From Candidatus Saccharimonadales bacterium (GTDB taxonomy: Bacteria; Chloroflexota; Dormibacteria; Aeolococcales; Aeolococcaceae): a stretch of DNA of 64,000 nt. The notes under the pieces were generated by a model. It was not told where the DNA came from, made no database searches, and saw only the letters and a list, made by a program, of their open reading frames with translations. Of the stretch, positions 51,268 to 60,502 are shown piece after piece (within the stretch, counting starts at the first letter, position 1; every line of letters starts with the position of its first letter). A program made the translations under genes and the position numbers. The stretch spans positions 67,051 to 131,050 of the forward strand of contig DATKQX010000134.1 of assembly GCA_035532495.1 (NCBI GenBank), read 5' to 3'.

Positions 51268-52551
51268 ATGTCGGCTCCGGCAATCGGTCCACTGCCGACC
51301 GCGCGTGGACCACGTGTGTGGTTGTCGCGTCACGGCGGCGGATTGCCGCGTGCGTTCTGGTTCGTCTGGATCGGCACCGTCATCAACAGGCTCGGCTATG
51401 TCGTTGAGCCGTTCCTGGCGCTGTATCTCGTCCGCGGCCGCGGCATCTCGATCGGCACCGCGGGTCTGCTGATCGCATGCTTCGGCGCGGGGTCGTTTGT
51501 CTCGCAGCCACTCGGTGGCATGCTCGCCGACCGGATCGGCCGGCGCTTCACGATCATGCTCGGGATGACCGGCTCGGCGGCCGGGTTCATCGTGCTTGGA
51601 CTCGCGCCGACCGTCGCGGTCATCGGAATCGCCGCGGCAGTCTGCGGCCTCGCGATCGATCTGTACCGCCCGGCGGTCGCGGCACTCGTCGCGGACGTGG
51701 TACCGACGGCGGATCGTCCGCGAGCGTATGGACTGTTGTACTGGGGTCTCAACATCGGTGTCGGCGTCGCGGCGGTCGCCGGCGGGTTCCTCGCACAGCA
51801 CTCGTACTGGTTTCTCTTCGCGCTCGACGCCATCACGTGCGTCGGCTTCGCGATTGTCGTCGCGGTCGGCGTACCGGAGACGCGCCCGGAGCGCCACGGC
51901 GAGCAGGGTGGCGGCTACGCCGACGTGCTCGCCGATCGCCTGCTCATGGCTCTGGCTGCATCGGCGTTCGTGACCGGCATCGTCTACATGCAGTCGTTCG
52001 TGACGCTGCCTCTCGTGATGAGCATCCACGGACTCGGCCCGGCTGCGTACGGGCTCGCATACGTCGTCAACCCGGCAGCTGTCATCGTCCTGCAACCGCT
52101 GACGATTGGATGGCTGGCACGACAGCGTCTCGTCCACGTGTTCGCCGGCGGGTCCGTGATGCTTGGCCTGGGGTTCTTCGTGACCGTCTTCGCGCGGTCG
52201 ACGCTCGCGTACTCGGCAACCGTCCTGGTCTGGACACTCGGCGAGGTCGCGTTCAACGCCGTGGGTTCGGCGCTGGTCGCGGATCTGGCACCGGCGCACC
52301 TCCGCGGCCGCTACAACGGCGTCTTCGGAACGGCGTTCGGTGCTGCGGCATTCGTGGCGCCGATCGTCGGCACAGTGACGCTCCAGCATCTCGGCGAGGG
52401 ATGGCTGTGGGTCGGCTGTCTCGTGGTCTCAGTGGCGGCCGGAAGCACGATCCTGCTCCTCAGCGATCGGATCGATGCACGTCGCGCCGCCATGCTCGAT
52501 GCCTCGCGGCCGCACGACCCCTCCCAACGACCCACCGGTTGCGGCGGCTAG
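51268..52551 (+). CDS. MFS transporter
   Basis: 427 aa with about 12 TM segments and the MFS loop motif GGMLADRIGRR. Confidence 0.85.
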   Translation: MSAPAIGPLPTARGPRVWLSRHGGGLPRAFWFVWIGTVINRLGYVVEPFLALYLVRGRGISIGTAGLLIACFGAGSFVSQPLGGMLADRIGRRFTIMLGMTGSAAGFIVLGLAPTVAVIGIAAAVCGLAIDLYRPAVAALVADVVPTADRPRAYGLLYWGLNIGVGVAAVAGGFLAQHSYWFLFALDAITCVGFAIVVAVGVPETRPERHGEQGGGYADVLADRLLMALAASAFVTGIVYMQSFVTLPLVMSIHGLGPAAYGLAYVVNPAAVIVLQPLTIGWLARQRLVHVFAGGSVMLGLGFFVTVFARSTLAYSATVLVWTLGEVAFNAVGSALVADLAPAHLRGRYNGVFGTAFGAAAFVAPIVGTVTLQHLGEGWLWVGCLVVSVAAGSTILLLSDRIDARRAAMLDASRPHDPSQRPTGCGG

Positions 52552-52726
52552 CCGGGTCACCATTGCTCGTGGCTCATACATTCGCACCGGCCGGCGTCCT
52601 CCGATGCGTGGTTGCAACCCGTCGTACCGGCTGCTACGGTTTGCTCACTCGAGAGCGTGGGAGTGGACGTTCCCGGAGGGGGCTGGCATCCGGTTCCTGT
52701 AGAAGACCGCTCCATGGAGGAAGCGA

Positions 52727-54346
52727 ATGCGACATCCGCGATGGCGTCTCTTCGCGCCGCTCACCGTGGCGGCGCTGGCAATCCCGGCGGCTCTGGCCGG
52801 TGGAGGGATCACATCGTCGGCATCCTCGGCGGCATCGAACGCGCCGAGTCACATCGACTGCAGCAACAGCAATCGTTTTCTCTGCACCGAGGTGAACCAA
52901 TCGGACGAGGTCTTCGGTCACTACGTCGGTCACGATGAGCCGAGCGTGCTCTTCTATTCCAACAAGTCCGGCTCAGGGAACCAGATGCAGTACAGCGGCC
53001 AACTGCCGGTGGAGCCGACGGCGACGAATGTCGCCGGCAAGCACGTCTACACCTTTGAGTACGCCGCGGCCTTCTGGTTCGGGATGGCGATGTGCGACTC
53101 GCAGTCGTACCCCGAGCTCGTGAACTCGTGCGTGCCCGACAGCAACGCCAACATCGTCAACCCTGCCAAGAGCCCGTACCACCCTGGGACCGCGTACATG
53201 GAGCTCCAGTTCTATCCGCCGGGATACGTCCAGCAGTGGAACGGTTTCAGCTGCTCGGCTACGCAGTGGTGCGTCGCACTGACCATCGACAGCCTCGCGC
53301 TGAACTCGCTCACCGGTGAGCAGTTGAACTCGACCTGCGAGAGCGTCGTCGGCGAGGAGTACGTCAACTTCGCGTACCTGACGCACAGCGGCAAGCCGCA
53401 GGGCCCCCCGAACCCGGTGCAGTTCACCCCCGCGGCGTCGGGCAACCCGAACCCCGCCAAGGTGGAGTTCCTGAATCAGGGTGACGCATTCACCGTCAAC
53501 CTGCATGACACCCCGCACGGACTGCAGGCGGTCGTGAAGGACACAACCAATGGCTCGTCAGGTTCGATGACGGCGAGCGCTTCCAACGGCTTCGGCCAGG
53601 TGAAGTTCGCCCCGAGCCCTTCGACGCAATGCAAGAACATTCCGTACGACTTCCATCCGATGTATGCGACGTCCAGTCCGCAGACGACTGTGCCGTGGGC
53701 GGCTGCGACCTACAACGTCGCAATGGACACGGAGGTCGGGCACTTCGATTACTGCAGCAAGGTCGATTCCACAACAGGCTCGTGCCTCGGTCATGAGGGC
53801 GTCGGCAAGAACGCCGAGCCGAACGACGGCGATGACTTCGGGTGCTGGGCACCTTCCGCGTCGAGCCTCATCAAGATCGGCGGTTGCGAGGGATCGAACG
53901 TCGGCTATGACGGGACCTCGTATCTTGCGGATTGGCCGAACGGCAGCTCGAGCCGGCCGACCAACTTCATCTTCACGAGTCCGCTCACGGGAGCTCACTA
54001 CGACACCAACTACTCGTCGGTTGGATTCAACACGGACCTCCCGGCTATCGAGGACAACCTCGGCACCTGCGACACCAGCACGGGTGCGGGCTGCACGATC
54101 ATTCCGCCGACGGACGACGGAACACCGGCGCAGTTCTATCCCTTCTACTCCACCGGCCACGCGCTCGGCGGTTGCGCCTGGACGGTCGGACAGAATTACC
54201 CGGGCTTCAGCACCAATAACTTCGGTGCACACCAGCAGTACGGTCATCTGCTCAAGGTCGCGTATTCGGGCGCGGCCGGCAGTGTGTCGTACTCGTTCAA
54301 CGACTACCAGAACAACCTGCCGAACAACCCCTGCCCAGCCGCCTGA
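52727..54346 (+). CDS. secreted Cys-rich protein of unknown family (539 aa)
   Basis: Signal peptide (RLFAPLTVAALAIPAALAGGG) and SD GGAGGAAG. About 20 Cys. The composition is N/S/T/Y/G-rich and Arg/Ala-poor, but codon usage is native. Followed by a strong terminator. Confidence 0.75.
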   Translation: MRHPRWRLFAPLTVAALAIPAALAGGGITSSASSAASNAPSHIDCSNSNRFLCTEVNQSDEVFGHYVGHDEPSVLFYSNKSGSGNQMQYSGQLPVEPTATNVAGKHVYTFEYAAAFWFGMAMCDSQSYPELVNSCVPDSNANIVNPAKSPYHPGTAYMELQFYPPGYVQQWNGFSCSATQWCVALTIDSLALNSLTGEQLNSTCESVVGEEYVNFAYLTHSGKPQGPPNPVQFTPAASGNPNPAKVEFLNQGDAFTVNLHDTPHGLQAVVKDTTNGSSGSMTASASNGFGQVKFAPSPSTQCKNIPYDFHPMYATSSPQTTVPWAAATYNVAMDTEVGHFDYCSKVDSTTGSCLGHEGVGKNAEPNDGDDFGCWAPSASSLIKIGGCEGSNVGYDGTSYLADWPNGSSSRPTNFIFTSPLTGAHYDTNYSSVGFNTDLPAIEDNLGTCDTSTGAGCTIIPPTDDGTPAQFYPFYSTGHALGGCAWTVGQNYPGFSTNNFGAHQQYGHLLKVAYSGAAGSVSYSFNDYQNNLPNNPCPAA

Positions 54347-54365
54347 CCAACGCTGATTGACACCC

Positions 54366-54393
54366 TGAGGGGCCGCCTTCGGGCGGCCCCTCA
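54366..54393. terminator. bidirectional intrinsic-terminator-like hairpin
   Basis: A perfect 12-bp stem TGAGGGGCCGCC-ttcg-GGCGGCCCCTCA with a UUCG tetraloop, between convergent stops at 54346 and 54414. Confidence 0.7.
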
Positions 54394-54413
54394 CGTGTGC
54401 TTGCGAGCGTTCC

Positions 54414-56873
54414 TCACACCCGAGCGGTGATCAGTGACGCCGTCGCCGCGGGGCGTTTCGCGCGTGCGAAGCGCGCGACGATCTCCTCTGGAGCGACGGG
54501 CCGGCTGATGAGATACCCCTGCAACTCGGTGCAGTGCCGGGTCGCCAGGTAGCGTCGCTGCACCTCGGTCTCCACGCCTTCTGCGACGACTTTCAGTCCG
54601 AGACTGAGGCCCATCGCGATCATGGCGTCAACGATCGGCGCCGGCTGATGCTCGGCAACGATCGCGCGAGTGAAGGTGAGATCGATCTTGATGGTGTCCA
54701 CCGGAAACTTCAGCAACCGGCTCAGCACCGAATACCCTGTCCCGAAGTCATCGATCGCGACGCGCACGCCAAGGTCGCGAATCGCCTGCAGCAACCCGAG
54801 CACCTCGCCCTGTTGTGGGACCGCGGCGCTTTCCGTGATCTCGAGCTCGAGCAGGCGCGGGTCGAGCCCGGTGTGCTTGAGCGCGTCGATGACACGCTCA
54901 AGGAGCTTGCAGGTGACAAGGCTGCGACCCGAGACATTCACCGCAACTGGCACCGGATCGATGCAGGCCTCCGCCCATAGTTGCGCCTGCCGGCACGCGG
55001 CCGTCAACGCCCACGTATCGAGGTCGTTGATGAGCCCGCTCTGCTCAGCGATCGGAATGAACGCGTCCGGAGCGATGAGGCCCCGTGAGGGATGATTCCA
55101 TCGCACCAGTGCCTCAACGCCGGCAAGCCTGCCGGTCTGTGAGTCGACCTTCGGCTGGTACAGGAGCAGGAGCTCACCGCGTCCGATGCCCGCGCGCAGA
55201 TCCTGCTCGAGGGTCATCCGCTCGAGCGTCGAGACATACATCGAGTCTGTGAACACGGCGCAGCGATCCTTGCCGTCAGCCTTGCCGACGTAGAGGGCCA
55301 CATCCGCGTTGCGCGACACGTCGGCGGCCGCATCCGCACCGATTGAGCTGGCGATGCCGATGGTGGCTGTCACAGTCACGGATCGTCCCGCGATGACGAA
55401 TGGAGCTCGGAGTGCGGCGCGCAGCTGTTCCGCCGCTGCAGGCGCCTCATTCGGCTCCGCGAGATCCTCGAACAGGATGGCGAACTCATCGCCGCCGAGC
55501 CGCGCAGCCGTGTTTCCGAGGCCGACGCTCGCAGTGAGGCGCTCGGACACGCGGATCAGCAGATCGTCGCCCGCCGAGTGTCCGAGACTGTCGTTGACCG
55601 TCTTGAAATTGTCGAGGTCCAGCATGAGCACCGCGTAGTACCCGCCGCTGCGCTCGAGTCGCTGGTGAGCATGCAGCAACCTGTCGCTGAAAAGCGACCG
55701 ATTCGGCATGCCCGTGAGCGCGTCGTGGAGCGCCTGATGCTCGAGGTCGCGACGCATCCGAATGCGAGCGGTAACGTCGTTCGGGCAGATGATCATCGCG
55801 TTCTCGCCATTGAAGATCGTCTCTCGAGTGTCGACCTCGATGTCGAGGGTGCGTCCATCCTTGGTGCAATGACGAATGCCCGCGAAGTGGGTGCGTCCCC
55901 CGCGCACCGCGGTCAGGTTGCTCAGCAACTGACCGCGATCTTCGGGCGGACGGATCTCACCGAGATTGAGGCTGAGGAACTCCGCGCGAGTGTACCCGTA
56001 CATCTCGAGCGCGGCGTTGTTGACAGCGAGAAATCGCAGGTCGCCTCGTTCCATATGGACCGCCGGAAGGCGCGTGACGAGCATCGGTTGCGGGTTCTCG
56101 TCAAACAGCGCGCGAAACGTCTCCGCGCGCGTGGCTGCAATGCGCGACTCGTGAGCGAGTTGATCCGCCTTCGCCTCGATGGCGAGACTCCGGCGCCGGC
56201 GCCGGCGTGCGATCAACGCGAAGACGAACAGGAGGAGACCCGACCCGATGACCATGGCGATCGATGCGACAAAGGCAATGGTCACGCCGCGGGACGCGCT
56301 ATCGGCTTCGTCACGCGATTCCTGAGCCAAGGCGCCGCTCAGTGGCGCATATCGAAGCGCGCCGACTTGCGCGTAGATATCGGCGGCTGATTGCGAACCG
56401 CCGGCGCGGATGCTCGCCAGCTCGATGGAGACCGCCGCCTGATAGTCATGTGTCATGCGAGTGATGGAGGGGAGTGCCGCGTCGGTCGCATCGGCAAGCT
56501 GGACAGTCGTCAGCGCGGCGAACACATCGGCCTGCATTGCCATCCTCGTGTCCACGGTATCGAGGACACCCTCCTCTTCCAGGGCGACGGCTGTCCGAAG
56601 CGAGCTCACCGCTTGCGCGGCGGCCTCCTGCTGATTCGACCAGCCATGCAGGGCGACGAGTGCGATCAGCACCCCACAGGTGAGGAGCGCATAACCCGCG
56701 CCGCTCACCCAGAACGGGATATCCCGGGAAGACCAACCCAGTCGCGACGTGCGTTGCACAGCCCTTTCCTCATTGTCGAGTGCAGCAGATGCCTGGGCTG
56801 CTCCTAGCCTCACGGTACAAGCGGTCGAAGCATGCAATCGAGACATCGGTGGGTCCGAACAACACTGAGACAA
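54414..56873 (-). CDS. membrane sensor PAS-GGDEF-EAL protein (c-di-GMP turnover)
   Basis: Two TM segments flank a helical extracytoplasmic region, followed by a PAS domain, an intact GGDEF (RLGGDEFAILF), and EAL (GVEALVRW, ELEITES). The exact start is uncertain. Confidence 0.9.
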   Translation of the reverse strand: MSQCCSDPPMSRLHASTACTVRLGAAQASAALDNEERAVQRTSRLGWSSRDIPFWVSGAGYALLTCGVLIALVALHGWSNQQEAAAQAVSSLRTAVALEEEGVLDTVDTRMAMQADVFAALTTVQLADATDAALPSITRMTHDYQAAVSIELASIRAGGSQSAADIYAQVGALRYAPLSGALAQESRDEADSASRGVTIAFVASIAMVIGSGLLLFVFALIARRRRRRSLAIEAKADQLAHESRIAATRAETFRALFDENPQPMLVTRLPAVHMERGDLRFLAVNNAALEMYGYTRAEFLSLNLGEIRPPEDRGQLLSNLTAVRGGRTHFAGIRHCTKDGRTLDIEVDTRETIFNGENAMIICPNDVTARIRMRRDLEHQALHDALTGMPNRSLFSDRLLHAHQRLERSGGYYAVLMLDLDNFKTVNDSLGHSAGDDLLIRVSERLTASVGLGNTAARLGGDEFAILFEDLAEPNEAPAAAEQLRAALRAPFVIAGRSVTVTATIGIASSIGADAAADVSRNADVALYVGKADGKDRCAVFTDSMYVSTLERMTLEQDLRAGIGRGELLLLYQPKVDSQTGRLAGVEALVRWNHPSRGLIAPDAFIPIAEQSGLINDLDTWALTAACRQAQLWAEACIDPVPVAVNVSGRSLVTCKLLERVIDALKHTGLDPRLLELEITESAAVPQQGEVLGLLQAIRDLGVRVAIDDFGTGYSVLSRLLKFPVDTIKIDLTFTRAIVAEHQPAPIVDAMIAMGLSLGLKVVAEGVETEVQRRYLATRHCTELQGYLISRPVAPEEIVARFARAKRPAATASLITARV

Positions 56874-56918
56874 CCGAGTTTCGAACTCTGCACACCCCCG
56901 CAGTGAGATCGAGTGGCG

Positions 56919-56944
56919 TTAGGTAGCCTAATTTGGTAACCTAA
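56919..56944. promoter_or_regulatory. candidate MarR operator: two abutting 13-bp pseudo-palindromes
   Basis: TTAGGTAGCCTAA (56919-56931) and TTTGGTAACCTAA (56932-56944), ending 4 nt before the MarR ATG at 56949. Confidence 0.4.
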
Positions 56945-56948
56945 CGAT

Positions 56949-57401
56949 ATGCAGCGCGCTCCAAGGCCGGTCGTCGACGGCTCCAGCGCCGGGGAGCTCG
57001 ATTCGGATTTCTCCACGGCGGTCACCCGCCTGTACCGGCGTCTCCGCGCCGAGAAGGCCGACGACCAAATCGGTGATTCGCATCGCGCGGTGCTGGCCCA
57101 TCTGGTCAAGGATGGTCCGCGGACATTGCGCGAGCTCAGTGATCACGAGCACGTCACACCGCCGTCGATGAACCAGACGGTGAACGCACTCGCGGAGTGG
57201 GGCTTTGTCGAACGACGCGGCGACCCGGACGACGGTCGCAAGGTCATCCTCGTCGCCACACCGATTGGTGCCGCGCTCATCGCGGAGACACGGCGCCGCC
57301 GCTACGCGTGGCTCAATGCTCAACTCGAGGCGCTCTCGGTCAGCGAACGACGGCTGCTGTCCGCTGCGACGGGCATCATCAACAGGATCGCCGACTCGTG
57401 A
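56949..57401 (+). CDS. MarR family transcriptional regulator
   Basis: 150-aa winged HTH (LRELSDHEHVTPPSMNQTVNALAEWGFVERRGDPDDGRKV). Confidence 0.9.
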   Translation: MQRAPRPVVDGSSAGELDSDFSTAVTRLYRRLRAEKADDQIGDSHRAVLAHLVKDGPRTLRELSDHEHVTPPSMNQTVNALAEWGFVERRGDPDDGRKVILVATPIGAALIAETRRRRYAWLNAQLEALSVSERRLLSAATGIINRIADS

Positions 57402-59095
57402 GCACGGCCACCACCGTCACACCCACCCCGCCCGCGATCTCTCCTCGATACAAATGGGTGGTCCTGTCGAACACGACGATCGGGGTGATGCTTGCGACGA
57501 TCGACTCGTCGATCATGCTGATCGCGATGCCGGACATCTTTCGCGGCATCGAGCTGAACCCACTGGCACCGGGAAACAGCTTCTACCTGCTCTGGATGAT
57601 CCTTGGATATTTGATCGTGAGCAGTGTGCTGGTGGTGAGTCTGGGACGCCTCGGCGACATGTTTGGCAGAGTCCGCATGTACAGCCTCGGATTCGTCATC
57701 TACACGTCGGCGTCGCTGGTGCTGACGGTCGACCCGCTCACCGCGCAGGCAGGTGCGCTCTGGCTCATTATCGGCCGTCTTCTTCAGGGTGTCGGAGCTG
57801 CGTTTCTCATCGCGAACTCCGCCGCCATCATCACCGACGCGTTCCCGTCGAACCAGCGCGGCCTTGCGCTCGGAATCAACAACATTGCCGCGATCAGCGG
57901 ACAGTTCATCGGGCTGATCCTCGGCGGTGCGCTTGGCGCCATCGACTGGCGCCTCGTCTTCCTGGTGTCTGTGCCACTCGGCTTGTTCGGCACCGTTTGG
58001 TCGTATCGCAACCTCAAGGAGCTCGGGCAGCGTCACCGGGCGACGATCGACTGGAGCGGCAACATCACGTTCGCCGTCGGGTTGGTTCTCATCATGATCG
58101 GGATCACGTACGGCATCGAGCCGGCGGACGGAAAGAGCATGGGCTGGACCAGCGCTCCCGTCCTTGCGCTGCTGAGCGTCGGCGTCGCGTCGCTGGCTGC
58201 GTTCGGGATCATCGAGTCGAATGTGTCCGAGCCGATGTTCCGGCTCGCCCTGTTCAGGATCAAGGCATTCACGTTCGGCACGCTCGCAACGCTCCTGTCC
58301 GCCATCGGCCGAGGCGGCCTCATGTTCATGCTCATCATCTGGCTGCAGGGCATCTGGCTCCCCGAGCACGGTTACAGCTTCGCGCAGACACCGCTGTACG
58401 CCGGCATCCTGATGCTGCCACTGACCGCAGGATTCCTGCTCGCCGGGCCGGTGTCTGGGTACCTGTCCGATCAACTGGGTGCGCGCTATCTGGCGACAGG
58501 GGGAATGACCGGCGCGGCAACGAGTTTCATGCTCCTGCTGTTCCTCCCCGTCGACTTCAACTACTGGGGGTTTGCCATAATCCTGCTGCTCTGCGGGCTT
58601 TCCATGGGTGCCTTCGCTGCCCCGAACCGCGCGGCGATCATGAACAGCCTCCCTGCGCGACACCGCGGCGCGGGCAGCGGCATGAATGCCACGTTCCAGA
58701 GCTCCGCCCAGGTGCTCTCAATCGGCATCTTCTTCACGCTGATGATCGTCGGGCTGTCGGCGACGCTGCCCACGACTCTGACGCAGGGATTGATGATGCA
58801 CGGCGTCCCGTCAGCGGTTGCCGCGCACGTTGGCGACCTGCCTCCGGTATCGATTCTCTTCGCGGCATTCCTCGGATACAACCCCATCCAGACACTTGCG
58901 GGATCAAACGTGCTCTCACACCTTTCGCCCGCAAACCGTGCGGCGCTCACAGGGCATTCGTTCTTTCCCAATCTGATCTCGGGTCCCTTTCACTCAGGCC
59001 TGGCCACCGCGTTCATCTTCGCTGCCGCGGCATCGCTGATCGCGGCCGCGGCGTCGTGGTCACGAGGGTCGCGATACGTGCACGTCGACAGTTAG
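57398..59095 (+). CDS. MFS transporter, DHA2 (EmrB/QacA, 14-TMS) type
   Basis: GTG 57398 overlaps the marR stop (GTGA). Motifs LGRLGDMFGRVR and about 14 TM segments. The ORFs from 57197 and 57205 are an extension and a wrong frame, respectively. Confidence 0.9.
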   Translation: MSTATTVTPTPPAISPRYKWVVLSNTTIGVMLATIDSSIMLIAMPDIFRGIELNPLAPGNSFYLLWMILGYLIVSSVLVVSLGRLGDMFGRVRMYSLGFVIYTSASLVLTVDPLTAQAGALWLIIGRLLQGVGAAFLIANSAAIITDAFPSNQRGLALGINNIAAISGQFIGLILGGALGAIDWRLVFLVSVPLGLFGTVWSYRNLKELGQRHRATIDWSGNITFAVGLVLIMIGITYGIEPADGKSMGWTSAPVLALLSVGVASLAAFGIIESNVSEPMFRLALFRIKAFTFGTLATLLSAIGRGGLMFMLIIWLQGIWLPEHGYSFAQTPLYAGILMLPLTAGFLLAGPVSGYLSDQLGARYLATGGMTGAATSFMLLLFLPVDFNYWGFAIILLLCGLSMGAFAAPNRAAIMNSLPARHRGAGSGMNATFQSSAQVLSIGIFFTLMIVGLSATLPTTLTQGLMMHGVPSAVAAHVGDLPPVSILFAAFLGYNPIQTLAGSNVLSHLSPANRAALTGHSFFPNLISGPFHSGLATAFIFAAAASLIAAAASWSRGSRYVHVDS

Positions 59096-59207
59096 TGACG
59101 CACCGCCAATCTCTCAGGCAACTCTGAGCACTCGCAGACGAAATTCCGACGCGCCGTCGTCAATCTCGGGAAGGTCGATATCAACCCACCCCGACGGAGG
59201 CAACGAC

Positions 59208-59390
59208 ATGACAACGGCAACAATGCTGCTGAACGCCGGCCTAGCGGCAGGCACCACGGGAGCGCTCGCCACCGCGATGACGATTACTCCGAACCTCGAT
59301 CGCATCCGCCTCGCGCGCCGCTCCCGCGTGGCGCGCCGGCGGCGCAGGATCCGGGAGCGTTTCGAGGCCGACCTGCAAGCCGGCGTCTGA
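59208..59390 (+). CDS. candidate small protein (60 aa): hydrophobic N-terminus with an Arg-rich tail
   Basis: SD GGAGG lies 8 nt upstream of the ATG. GC3 is about 83 % by hand count. A strong hairpin follows the stop. Confidence 0.4.
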   Translation: MTTATMLLNAGLAAGTTGALATAMTITPNLDRIRLARRSRVARRRRRIRERFEADLQAGV

Positions 59391-59420
59391 CGCCCGCCGC
59401 AAACGTCGGCCACGACATGA

Positions 59421-59448
59421 GCCGCCCCCGCGCCATCCCGGGGGCGGC
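59421..59448 (+). terminator. GC-rich hairpin after the small ORF
   Basis: 10-bp stem GCCGCCCCCG-cgccatcc-CGGGGGCGGC. There is no U-tract. Confidence 0.45.
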
Positions 59449-59501
59449 AACGCCCGATGCATGGCCCGGCAACCGATAGTTGGGCGATATATACTGCTGA
59501 C

Positions 59502-59837
59502 GTGAGCAAGCGCACGATGCAGGAGGCGACCTTCCTCATCCTCACAGCGCTCGCGGCTGGCAGTCAGCACGGATACGGCATCATTTCGGATGTTGCGCAG
59601 ATCTCGGACGGGCGTGTGCGGTTGCGCGCCGGCACGCTGTACTCGGCGCTGGACCGTCTGCGTATCGACGGGTTGATCACCGTCGACCGCGAGGAGATCG
59701 TCGAGAATCGGCTGCGCCGCTATTACCGGCTGACGCTCGAAGGATGCATGCAGCTCGCCGCCGAGGCGGCACGGGTCCAGTCCAACGCGGCGACTGCACT
59801 CGCGCGGCTCGGGCCCGCAGGCGGGGTAGCGCTATGA
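59502..59837 (+). CDS. PadR family transcriptional regulator
   Basis: LILTALAAGSQHGYGIISDV...GTLYSALDRLRIDGLI. Start is GTG 59502 (possibly leaderless, since TATACT at 59490-59495 sits 6 nt upstream) or ATG 59517. Confidence 0.85.
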   Translation: MSKRTMQEATFLILTALAAGSQHGYGIISDVAQISDGRVRLRAGTLYSALDRLRIDGLITVDREEIVENRLRRYYRLTLEGCMQLAAEAARVQSNAATALARLGPAGGVAL

Positions 59838-60502
59838 GCGATTCCGCCGCGCTCGAGCGCGGATATCGCCGCTGGCTCCGCTGCTACCCACGCGCCTTCC
59901 GGCGCGAGCACGAAGCGGAGATGCTGACGGTGCTGATGGCCGGCGCGAGAAGTGACCAGCGCCGTCTGCGAGCCGCGGAGTGCATCGACCTGCTGACCGG
60001 TGCGATCGTCATGCGTGTGCGTCCGCGCGTGCCTCGCACCAACCGGTCGGTGTTTGCGGTCGTTCAACTCATGTGCCTCGGCGCGATGCTGGAGCTGGCC
60101 ACGGCCATGACATTGCTCGTGAGCCTCGACCAGGTCAGGTCGAACATCGTCACCAGCGACCCCGGCTTCACCGCCGCCGCATGGCAAGCAGTCGTGACGG
60201 GTCAGATTGACCCGTTGGCGATATCAGCCGGGGTCGCGGTGTTGTTCCTGCTGTGGTTGGCGTGGGCATACGGCAGAGAGAAGCGCTGGCCGGGCCTTGC
60301 GTTTGCGCTCTTCTTCGCAGCAACGACGTGGAGCCTTCTGGGAGGGTTGAGCCGTGGATCGTTCGTGTATGCACAAGCGGACCTCGCTGTGGCGGCCGTG
60401 CTCTGGCTCGTCGAGCTTGCGGTCTTCGTGCTCGTCGTTCACCAGTCGCTGCGGAGGCTCGCACTCGCGCGCTCGCGTCCCGCCCGCGCCGGTACCGGAT
60501 GA
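59834..60502 (+). CDS. hypothetical membrane protein of the PadR operon
   Basis: ATGA overlap with the padR stop. N-terminal soluble region (ERGYRRWLRCYPRAFRREHEAEML) followed by 4 TM segments. Confidence 0.6.
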   Translation: MSDSAALERGYRRWLRCYPRAFRREHEAEMLTVLMAGARSDQRRLRAAECIDLLTGAIVMRVRPRVPRTNRSVFAVVQLMCLGAMLELATAMTLLVSLDQVRSNIVTSDPGFTAAAWQAVVTGQIDPLAISAGVAVLFLLWLAWAYGREKRWPGLAFALFFAATTWSLLGGLSRGSFVYAQADLAVAAVLWLVELAVFVLVVHQSLRRLALARSRPARAGTG

